Source: Acanthaster planci (taxonomy: Eukaryota). Taken from it: a stretch of 64,000 bases of DNA. The notes below the pieces were generated by a model. The model did no database searches. It was not told the origin of the DNA and worked only from the letters and a program-made list of their open reading frames with translations. The stretch covers positions 214,021 through 278,020 of the forward strand of contig NW_019091359.1 of assembly GCF_001949145.1 (NCBI RefSeq), given 5' to 3'. The translations under genes and the position numbers were made by a program. Each line of letters starts with the position of its first letter. The first letter of the stretch is position 1. Positions 15,101-27,100 of this stretch are shown here, piece by piece.

Positions 15101-18100
15101 AAAAGTCCATGTGGGAATGCGTAATAGCTTGACACGAAAGAATGTTGCGGTATTCCGCGTACCCGCGGAAGAAAATGCCCAATGAGAACACGGCTTTAAC
15201 CGGAATTGTTAGTGTTTAGTTTCTCCATTTTCAGAACTTTGGACATACCGCACATTTTGTTCAGTGCTTCACAATGCTCATGCTTAGAATATGCGAAACT
15301 AACACTTACTACCAAGTGTTGCATTAGTGCTTTTATGTTTATGAATGAAATTTAACTGAACATTTCTTTCCATATTGAAAATAACATAATTTTTACACAG
15401 ACCATGGAAGCCGATGTAAATGTTGGTTGATCAGCCCAAAGTGACTTTTAGTTGAATCTTAAACTGCAGAGTAAGTTTTAGCAAGGACAAAAGCGGAGGA
15501 TTTAATAATCTGAATGAAAGACGGTTTCACGTTTAATCCCTGTTCACAAATTCTTTGCCTTAGATATTGAGAACCAGTCTGTGACAGGGGCTGTGTTTCT
15601 GGCCGTCTGCCGGGGTAAAGTCAGTGAAGGGATGGACTTTGCTGACAACAATGCCCGAGCTGTCATGACTGTGAGTACAGACAAATCCAGCAACATCTTA
15701 CTGGACATATATTCACGGCCCCCTTTAATGGCGGAAAGCGGCGTTGGGTTTTGCACACAGTGACTCGGAAGAGTGGCTAGATTCGTCTGTAAAGTGAACG
15801 CTGTGTATAAGAGATCATCTCAAATTCTGTTTAAAATTTGTGTTCCTTATCAAACACTCTTTTCGAAGATGAACATGTTTCTAATTGCAGACTTTTGAAA
15901 TGGTTCATAGTGGCACCAGACACACTGGTCCCACATGGCCAATCCGATGTTGTTTGCAACATTTAGAGCATGGGGCATTGCGCTGTCAGCTAGAATGGAA
16001 CCATTGGAATTCATTTGCTCTCTAATAGGCAGAAATCCAAGGCCATTTCTGTATTAACTTAAAAAAAGCTTGTTGCAAAATGAAAGGGCATCGTGCAAGA
16101 AACAAAGCCCTAAGCATCCCAGGCTTTGAAGACACTCCCAGAATGGTCCGAGACTTGGATGTGATGTGATTTGAAACTTCTGGCAAGAAATGTGCCACGG
16201 TACTTTTCCACATTATTGCACATAAACTTGCACCCAGCTAAGAAAAGTTTCACTTTGACCGCTAGATCGGCATTCCATTCCCAAGCATCAAAGACACACA
16301 AGTGGAACTGAAGCGTCAGTATAATGACCAGTATTCGACCTCTCGGGGCTTGCTGACCGGCAGCGAGTGGTACGAGATTCAGGCCTACAGGGCCATCAAC
16401 CAGGCACTGGGCCGTTGCATCAGACACAAGTAAGACTGTTCAAGTAATGTCTGTCTGTTTGTCCGTCTGCTTGTCTGTGTGCTGGTCAGTGGTATTAGAT
16501 CGATGAAGTGTTGACCAGAGGAGCAGGCAAAAATAAGATTCTCTCAGTAGTCAGTTATTCCAGGACCTGGGCTTACAGTGCAGTCGGCTGACTTTGTAAC
16601 TCAAGTCTGAACTCAGCTATGAGCTAAGTGGGCCGAACCCAGCCTGTTCAACTCTGGTCTCACTCACAAACTTGTCCACATTTGACCCAGGTCTGAACCT
16701 TTTGGCCTCAGAATGTTACCTGGTTTGCTCACACCCAGCACTTGTTAATCATAACTTGTACTCAAGCTCTGCAGAACTTGTGTGACTCACACTTTGATTG
16801 CAGATGTAACTTGAAATTAGATTCAATCCTGTGTTTCAAGCAATATTCATAAAAATGTAAAAGATCCTTAAAACTTCATTTGAAAAACCCAAGGCTCTGA
16901 CCATAAAGTTCCAAATTGGTCTCACTCAACCTCTTATGTTGGAACAATAGAGTTTCATTTTCTTGAATGTCACTGACTGATTTCAAATGTTGTTACGGTT
17001 TCGTCTCAATGTGAGCAGGAGAAGTGAAAAGAAACCAACTCTTCATTCCTCATTGATGTTCTTTTTTTCCCAGGAGAGATTGGGGTGCGTTAATTCTGGT
17101 TGATGATCGGTTCGGTAGAAATCCCAAGAAGTACATCACAGGTAGAAGTCAGGTTTGAATATGATTGGAATGGCATGGGATAGCAATTTGACAGCAGATG
17201 ATAAAAAAACTGACGAGTGTCAGGCCGGAGGAGCCCCTTTTTTTTCTGTGGAGAATTTTCCCTTATTTCTTAAATGTCAAAATGTTCAATTTCAAACAAA
17301 ATACTGGCAAATTAGAAACCAAGCAGGCTCTGTGTTATTAGTATTTTTTTCATTTTGGGATGTGTGCAACTCCAGCAATTTTCCCAACTTTCCACTTTAT
17401 GTTTGGAAGAAGTTCTTTACCTGGAGAGGAAGGATCGACTATCACTTTGAAAAAAGATACACATTGGCCTTCAAAGTTTCAAGTTAAATTAACTTCGGGA
17501 ACTGGAAACTGGTTTTTTTGCCCTTGCAAGATTAGTTTTGTTGTAATGCTTCTAAACACGATGTCAAATTATTCCATCTTGGAAACTTTAATTTTTTTTT
17601 CCCAGGCCTGTCCAAGTGGGTAAGAGGCAAGGTTGTGCACCACACCCATGCCAGAGGTGCCGTGGTGTCCCTCAAGGAGTTTGCGAAAGCCAGACAACTG
17701 AGTCCCTGTCCCCAGTTGCCAAGGTAACCACAGAGAAGCTTTGTTACAAAATCCTTCTCGACTTTAGATCATTAGCGTCGACTTCTAGTTGATAGTTAGG
17801 AATCCTGTGATTAACCTGTACTCGCTTAATGTAGCTTGAAGGCACATCTAATTTTCTCTTGTGGGGTGGGAGAGCTACAATTTAATGGAATGCATTGGCA
17901 CACTATAGAATAACCGTAGTCAGTAGTGCCAGTCTAATATACACCCTTACTCCATGTAGTTTTGAATGGATTACAGCTGGATTGTGCTTTGCACGATTAC
18001 TTCACTCTAAAGATCTTTTCTTCTAAAGTAACATGTACTTCAAAGACGCATTCTTGTCTTACTGGTTTGCTTACTAATGCTGTCATAGGCACTGACCCCA

Positions 18101-21100
18101 TAAAGTCACTTTAGTCAATGTTGACTCCATGGGCTTCGTGCAGGTTCCTTCAAAGACTGTGAAGGGTATGGTGCCAGAACCAATATGGTGCGGCAAGTTC
18201 GTACCCAAGGAAACGAGATTGCATTTTAGTACACTGCAGTCGCCGGGTGGCACTATTTGAAAAAATGTTAAAGATCGCCCGTGATACAGCGTCTTTAAAT
18301 CGATATTTGCAAACTTAGCTCAGTGTTTGTGTGATCAAGATATGTGTTTGACCATTTTGTGTTCCGGCAAAAGGTTATGGATTTGACATGGATTTGTCCC
18401 TTGTTCTTGCAGTTTGTCCCTCTGTGCATCACCGTCTCCCAGCCAGTCCATTAGTGCCGTGGTCACCCCCATCAGCCAAGAGCCCCCTGCTGTTCCTCTG
18501 ACCCCAGCCCCACCAACCCCAACCCCTGCTCAGCCCCTCGACCATGGTGACAACGGGATGAGCAATGTGCTGAAAGTTATGGCGCTCCATGCTCAGCAGA
18601 GCCAGAATCTTACTACACCTAATTTGGCAACACCCAATTTAGCCACGCCCAATCTGGCCACACCCACCCCTATGAAATTCTTCAGCTCTGCAGCCACACC
18701 CAGCACACCGTTTGCCTTCGGTAGTGGGACCCTAGCCACAGAAATGCCAAACCCAACCTTAACCTCCATGTCATCTAGTGCCTTTCTCCCGACACAGGGT
18801 GTTAACACCAGTCAGAAGTTGGTACCCAGCTCTCAGTACTTAACTGGTCCCAATAACACAGTGATAACCCTTCAACATTCTCCTGCTGTTACTCCCACAC
18901 CTCTTCAGGGTCAGTTGGTGGAAGATGTGGATAAATCAGGCAAGAAGGTGATCGAACATCTGCTAAATCAAATGCCAGTCAGCAACCTCTTGCAGAAAGC
19001 CCCCCCTGTTACGATAGTGGTATCTTCTACGGCTAGTGCTGTATTTACACCCTCGGTTGCCTCCACTTTGGCAACGAAGGGAGACATTCCAACCAAAAGC
19101 AATCAAGCTGAGAGGTTGGGCTCAAGGCGCTTCACGATACCTCTCCCAGGTGATGACTCGGTGAAGGAAAATATCAGGGACTTTGAGAACTGCAACAAAT
19201 CAAATCAAGAAAACCTCATAGCACCGAGTTTGCAATCTGAAAATGTTCCCTTGCAAAATGAGGAGAGATGTTTTTCCCCGGAAAGTGTAGTTCCGCATGG
19301 GGTCACCGATGTCAGGACTCCGAGAGGAAGGCTAGACTTTGGAGAAGGCGTCAGTGATTTGCCTAGTGGTAGAGGGGTAGACAATGAGGAGGTAGATCCT
19401 TCTAAGGTTGTCAGCCCTACGGAAGATCAGCCTTGTCACATGGAACCATCCTCAGCAGATCCTGTCCATCAAATGGAAGCCTATCGCGAAGAGTACGATG
19501 CTACCCCCTTGCTCTTTGATTCGGACGATGATTGTGTGGAAGAAAAGTCACCCTGCCCAAAGGTCACCAATAGAGGGCCCCAAAATGTGCACTCTGGGTC
19601 AGCAAAGGGAGAGCATGAGACAGATTTCAAAGAGAACAGTGATGACTTCAGTGCCACTCAACCACTTAAACAAGACATTCAGATGGCGAACCAAAAATCC
19701 TTGGATGCAAATTTGCCAACTCCATATTCCAAGGTTATTGCCAATTGTAGTCACAATTCATCAAAAAAGGAAGATGTAAGTGTTAACACTCGGCAGAGGG
19801 ACCTCAAGGGGGGTGGAACCAGGTCGCGGGGTCAGATGTCACTGAGACGTTCATCAAGGAGGAGAAAGAGGAGCCAAGAGGCTCAGTCACAAGTTGATGA
19901 GGCTGGCCCTGGCGGGAGAGATTTCCTGGATGACATAACCCCTGCTGGGCGGACTCAGGTGAGGAAAGGAAAAATCATCTATTCATTCCATTTCACACAA
20001 AAACTGCAGGTTGAACAAACATTGTCTTAGGGCCAAGTGTTACAAGATGTGTCCCTGTGCCACTGTTGCTCGTCGGTCATCTTTTGGTATCTTTGGCATG
20101 ACATGACTAAAGATACCCCCCCCACCCTTCCTCTTGATGAGATGCCAATCCATTACATGTACGTCCCTAGCTGATGGTAGTATCCACTTATATTTATGGC
20201 TGGAGAGAGGCAAGTGTGGGCAAAGTCACATGTAGCTTCATGGAGTACACAACATGAAGGCCTGCAGCTTCATTCCAACCCCTTACCCTCTGACCCAACC
20301 GATCTCTTTAATCCTGTGATTAAACCCCGACATCATGCCAAATTCCTCCTGATAGCTACAAGCCATGTTGATGAAAAATCGTAATCATGACGACACGAAG
20401 AAAATCATTATTACCTCTGTATGTCGTTGCTTACGCGATTTCAACTTTGTTGGGATTTCCTCCTTTCCAACCGAATGTAGCTCAAAGTAGCACAGATACC
20501 AGTGAACATGAGTAGTCTGGTTTACAGTCAATGCATTGTGATCTGGACTGTGGTGTGGGAACTAGACAATAATATCACAATGTGATATACACAAGGATGA
20601 ATGTAATATGCACGTTTATCACCCGGTCTCATGATTTCTCTGGGATATTGAAAATACAGATTGAAAATACACTATTCAAGAGGCATGACAAAAAGTGTAC
20701 CTGTATCTTCGATCTGATATACAATCACTTGACTCGTTATAAAACGCTCATAATTGGGGGATAGGAAAATGGGTGCCTTTCGATAGTCTCTCTTCGTTAG
20801 AGGGCTCACTCTCTGTGCACCATTATCTCGTCAGACCCAGGCTGTGACTCCTGGCAGGTCACATCCTCAGCCTGGGTCCCACCAACATCTGCTTGGCCGC
20901 TCATGTGTAAAAGGGGAGGATAAAAAAACCCCAGCGTTTTGTCTGCCATCTTTTTTATTTTATTTTTAATTGTTCTTGCCTCCCGTCAAACTGCGCGGTG
21001 CCATTTGTTCATGTGCCACAGTGTGTGACATTCTATTGTGCATTTAGCCTTCTCTAATTTAATGACAACAATTATTATGCACAAAAAACCCTGGCATATT

Positions 21101-24100
21101 CGTAATTGTCAACAATATGGTTTTCTCTGTCCGTCCACATGTCTTTTTATTTTCCGCATTCTATCTTATCGGGGGAGGGGATGATAGCCTTTTGGGGGGA
21201 GACATGTAATTCAAGATTAAGCAGAAATCCATTTGGTCTTTCAACTTTTTCAGTTGCACCAATTTGTCATTTCCAAATTGCCTAGATTGATAGTTTGTTG
21301 GGATGAGCAGAATAGTTGCAGGACAACTATGCAGGACAAGTTACTGACTTGGGAGGTTAAACAGGCCACTTACACAACCTCAATTGGTCCTGCGTCTGTC
21401 AGCAGCTGTGGCAGGTTAGGTCTTGATAATCTGTTGGTCGTCCCAAAAAACCACTGGACTTCAGAGTCCTAGTCAACTGTTTTTCCAAGTATCAAGTTCA
21501 CTGCCAGATATTCAGATGGTATGTTGTGTTGACAACTGCATTTCAAACTCTGGACAGTAGATTTTTACTAAGAAGGAAAAGAAAAACATCGGATAATGAG
21601 AATCTTGCGTACAGACTGGGCCATCAAGAGAAAAGTTTGCTGAAAGTATTCACTGCTGTTTTGTTTTTTTTCTTTGAAATTTGTAATAGGTTTTTGTTTC
21701 TTGTACTTCCGTATCCCTTTTTAAAAACCAAATCTGCCACCCAGTCTTTGCAAATACACAGCCCGAATTCTTACGCTCATGTCCCAAGAGATAAACAACA
21801 ACAACCTGATGTTCTGGGAAAGTAAGGAAAAGCAAGCACTGTGTGATGGCATTGCTCATGTAAACAATGTTTTCACGACTGTTGCGCGGTCTGTTATTTT
21901 CAAGCTCATGCCAGGAGCTCACGCACCTGTAGAGTCTCCACAATAATGCTAATGTATCAATAACATTCATGTAGATTCTTATTCCAGCCACGTGACAACT
22001 CACTGTTGTGCCGTCCTGTTGTGATCAAGGATACATCATGAATGGATCTATCCCCACAATAATGCAGGTTTTGAACTATTGATAATCACGATTCAATCTC
22101 GGAGTCAAGCCATAGGACTTGAAACTCGACGTGACACACCTGACTGACGGCTACCTTGGATTAAAGGCTGAGTACATGTATGTTCAGTGCATATTTGGTG
22201 CAACATGGGTACCTATCAGCCAAGGAAGATGATATATCGTATAGCAATGAGGAAGATGTGAGGGTACATTTATATTTAGCCATTTCTTGCAATTGTTGTC
22301 CACTGTGTACCAGTATGCCACCAGATTTTTATAGGATTTTTTTTACATTGGGTTTTCTACCCACCGTTGAGATATGTTTATTAATACCGTGCATTCCATG
22401 TTGCCTGAGGGTTGTGAAAAAATCCGCCGGCTTACTTGAATGGGACTCAAACTCGATCTGCTGCTTATTAGTGGAAGCACCTTATCACTCGAGTTGACCA
22501 TCAAGCTTGCCAAGGTCAGCTGGCCGGTTGAGTCAGATGAGCAGTGGGCACCATAGGAAGCATTTTGTAAGCTGTACTTTTCTTGGCGGCAGTACCCTGT
22601 TGCTCAGCTGACTTGAATCGGCCAGCCAGCCCCGGTAAGCTCAGTGGTCAAGTGGTACGACTTCAGCACTAATATTAAAGCAGAAGGTTGTGGGCTTTGA
22701 GTCCTAGGCAAGTAATCCTGTGGGTTTTTTCACAAGCCTCCGGGCCACACAGTGGTTTACAGTGTTTGTCAGTAAAAATCTGTTACAAGCGAGACATGTC
22801 GTCTAAAAAAGTCACCAAAATCTGATATCTTTTGTTGTCCTCTGTACATTGCTTTTGGTTTTCAGATTCTTCAGTTTTAAGCATGAGCGGTTGCTGTGAG
22901 ATTGACCAATCAGCATGGTTGATTGATCTACATTGTAATTTTGAATACAAGTCCCCTATTTACAGTTTTGTTATCACACCTGTTGGTGTTCTTGAAAGAA
23001 CGTTTAGAAATTATGCATTGTGTCCTTGAACCTTCTTGTACTTTTCAGAGAATTTTGAGGTTACTGACGATCATGCCTGAAGTTTGATTCTCTATATTTG
23101 TCGGTACAGTTCGGGTCATGATACACGTGAGAATTATAAGATAATTTGCGAAAAGAGGTGGTTGTTTGTTTCCTGCTATTGTTTAGAGTGCAGTTGGTGG
23201 TGCTGGACTGGTTTCTCTCTATGCTTCAGCAGGCAGTCTGGCGCCAGCGCGCTTGAGTAGTTTAATGATTGTTTTTGTGGGCACGCTGCCATGTGTGCAC
23301 TTGCCACCACCAGACCGTGTTGCCCATTCGTAGGCTTCTCTTCTCCCCAACTGCTGCCGTGAGTGGATCTAATATAATGTCAGCCCAGTCACGTTGTTGT
23401 TTGTTTCAAAAAATGTCCAGAGTTGCATTTTGTTGTGACGATCACGGCTGAGTGGCCATACCCACCGGCAGATCTGATCTTGCCGGGGGAGAGAGAGAGG
23501 GAAATAGGCTAACTACTTCTCTTTCTAGCACTTTGGGTAAAAAAAAAAGGCTGAAGACCATGCCATTCTATGTGAACTCTTTACATGCGGAGAAAAGCTC
23601 TGTCATCCCACTTTTTGATAACATCTCACACAGTGTTATCTGTCTTGTGTGCCAATGAACATCAACTCTAACTTCAGTCAAGAACAAGCCATGCTTCCAT
23701 AAGATCTGAATCACACACTGTGCTCCCTATCTCGCTGATCCACAGTAGTAACAAGATGTTGATCTTTCTGTGTATGCAAGAGGTACAGATACTAGACAAT
23801 GGTCAGTGAGAATGAACAAGGAAACACACCGGAAAAGGTCTCTTTCCAGTTAGGGCTGCAAAAGAAGTAAGCATAGTGGATGTGATGAGTTGTTTCTCAA
23901 CAGTGAAGAAGACAGTCACGTGTCACTTACAGGGGTGGCGCTGTTGACCAAATTTAGGAGGCACAGGGTTATGAAAAGTGGGGACACTGGAATGCCATTG
24001 TTGAAACCGATCCCGTTTCTGCCTGGTGAGACTGCTCGCATGCAGTGCTGAGTTTGTGGTGCCGGTCTTCCACGGCAGGCCAGTACGTAATGTCAACAGC

Positions 24101-27100
24101 TGCACCTACCCTCCTGCTCATTTTCAGTGTATGCGATTCATCTTTGTCTGGTACAGTGTACATTGTAGCTGTAATACGTCGGTGTAATCCATGAGCACAT
24201 GATAGACACAATGCTTGGTAATTTTGCCACTTTAGCAAAATCACAGCTGTCCTGTACTTTGAACCCTGGAATTTCAGTGAACGAGTTGCAGTTAGTCTTT
24301 GAAGTTCATATTTTTGGTCATTCTGGCTGCCTAAATAGCACAAAAGAAATCACATGAACATTTGTGGAGCACTGTATGCGGCACAGCTTTGTTTGAGAAA
24401 TTGGCAAACAATCATTTTAATGGTGTGTTGTTGAACTTGGCGTACAACATCCTCAAAGATTTCTTCCTGCTCACAACAAAATAAATTCCACTTAAAAACC
24501 AGACTGAAGGGTGGGTTCTATTCCTCCTCGGTAAGAAAAGGGCCATTCTGTGACCAGCAAAGTAAACATATTCCCAGAAAAAAAATTGCACAAAATCATG
24601 GAAAAGATGCACACACAAGTAATAAATGGGGTATTTGTACTTGGAACAACCAAAGCTGCTGTGCCGAAACTTCAATTTCCCCCCCCCCCACCCCCATTTT
24701 TGTGTATGTGTGTGTTGTTGAGGGTACCACTGACAAAAAGAATTCCCGCTCGTTGTACTTTTTGTTCCTCACTGATAAGTAAATACAGAAGAGGAGTTTC
24801 AAAGGCAGTTTCCGGTTCAAAGCTAGATGCACAGACCTTGGATAAATAGATTATGAAATTCGTTTTTAGCCCCAGAGCTTTTGTTGCGAGTCCAGTCGAG
24901 CGGAACTTTGAGACACAGATTGGACCACCATGCCTGAAATCTCTTGTTTAGGTTATCGGGGTTAATAATGTGTGTCATTTTGGAAAGGGAGGTGTCAGTA
25001 GTTAGGTTTATTGCTTATAGTTCCCTCTGTGTGTATTATGGTTGTTCTAGTTCTGTTTGCCACGTCATTTAGATTCCAGATTAATGTGGTTTTGAGAATG
25101 CTGAAATAAGATTATTTGCCTCCATTTCCCGTGATTGACTCAGTTGTGGATCCAACTTTTTTTGTCGTCACCCCGTACGCAAGTGGGATGGGAGAGTCTA
25201 ATTACTGCCCGTTCCTTCCCTTGTCCCTTACTGCTCAACCATGAAGCACTAGTGTCAGGCTTGATGAATGTGCCCAGACTACCAGCATGGAATATTCGTT
25301 TTGCATGGCATATGCTGTACTTTGAGGGGAAACTATCCGTAAATCTCACTTTGACAAACAGAGAGTATTTTGGAGCAGAACATTCCACCTGCAATTTTTT
25401 GTCCCACTTTTTACGATTTGAGAAAAAAATGATTCAAATCAGGGAAAAGTCTGGGAACTTGAGTGGCCCAAAATAGAAACTGGTCTGTTCAATATATTTT
25501 ATTGATGTCTGACACATCTGTATCAACAGTGAAGACTTGTCAAACTGGAAAAAAAGGTTGAAATAATTATTCTGGAGTTTTGAAAATTCATTGGGGAAAA
25601 AGTAGGGAAAGTAAAAGAAGTTTGTTCCCAGGAAATGCTGGAAACCCCATGTTAACTGCTAAAACACCTCAAGAGTTTGCAAGACAGTGCATTGCTTCCA
25701 CTAATAAATCTTTCTAAAATATTTGCTAGATACTGAAGAGTTTTGCATGGAGAGGGCTGATGATATCTTAAAATGTGGCTGCCGCCAAACTTCAAAGTAA
25801 ACCTATATGTTGATTTTTGTTTCTGGTGTAGGTGTGGCATGGATATATGGATTGCTTTTGCCATCACAGTTGATGCTTTTGCTAACCATGTAACCATTGT
25901 GAGCTGTCATTGCAAAGACAACAGAACAGTCACAGTGGCCAATGTAAAGGTAGCCACAACATGATTTCCAAATGCGCTAGTTATGGCTATGTCTACACAT
26001 GCATTGCCAATCTATATAAGGTTTCAGATTTCACACAGCTAGCAAGGTGCTGTTGTGCCTCACTTATATGCCATCAATCATCATGCATAAGGACCTGGAT
26101 TCAAGACCCACTTTGTCATTTCTTTTCTATTTTTGTTTCAATTGTTGATATCTTTTTTTAAATTAATCAAATCCTGTGTTTACCTTCTTCAGGCATCCCC
26201 CCCCTTTTTTGGGGGGGAGGGGTTGAGTTCATACCCCTGGAGGATATTTTTAAAACTGGAGACAGTCTGAGATCCATTCTTTATGGGCTCATCTAATTCA
26301 TATGTCCAATACTGTAGACTGGTGCATATGAAATAGCAGTTATCTAAAATACCGAAACTAGAGCCACTGCGACAGGTCCATTTTCAAAAATGTAATGAAA
26401 CCGTGAAAACATCGGATTGTTTGCAGATGTTACCAAAAATTTAGTGAATATACACGTACCTCCTTCTTAAAGATGGAGATTGGAAATGTGAAACTCTACA
26501 GGCATACAACTTTTCCTTGGATCACCTGATTTCCTCATCTTTCACTCCACACCCATGCCATTGAAAGATGAAAAACACTGTACAAAATCTTGTAAAGGTT
26601 AGAATTTCCTCGTTTTTTTTTATCACAGTCCAAGTTGGATGCCAATAGGGCACAAGCCCCTCTTAGTCACAATTTCATGTGTGCAAACTGATAGTTATCA
26701 GTTCAAAAGAGCACTCCAAGATTTCTAATCAATTAACATGAAGGATTATACTCACCCCGCACCTAGTACGTCTTTGGAAATAATTTACTTTTAGCCTGTA
26801 TACAGTTTTGTCAACTTTTTCAGTCTTAAACAGAAGGCAAAGGAACCATTGGTGTTTCACTGTTTTCCGTTTTGATGCTTCTTTTAATTCTATCCCCACC
26901 CCCTTCATTCTCTTTTTCTAAAGGGTTAGTTCAACGACATTTCCCACAGGTTCCATAACCCTTAATGAGTGGGGTTGTTATTGACCACTTCACATGGGGG
27001 GGGCAGAGGAAAGTATACCCCCTTAAGAACTCGGATGCCCCATGCCTGATTTGTTTTTAACCTTTGTATGCATGTAAAGGGACTCCTTGTCAATACAAAC

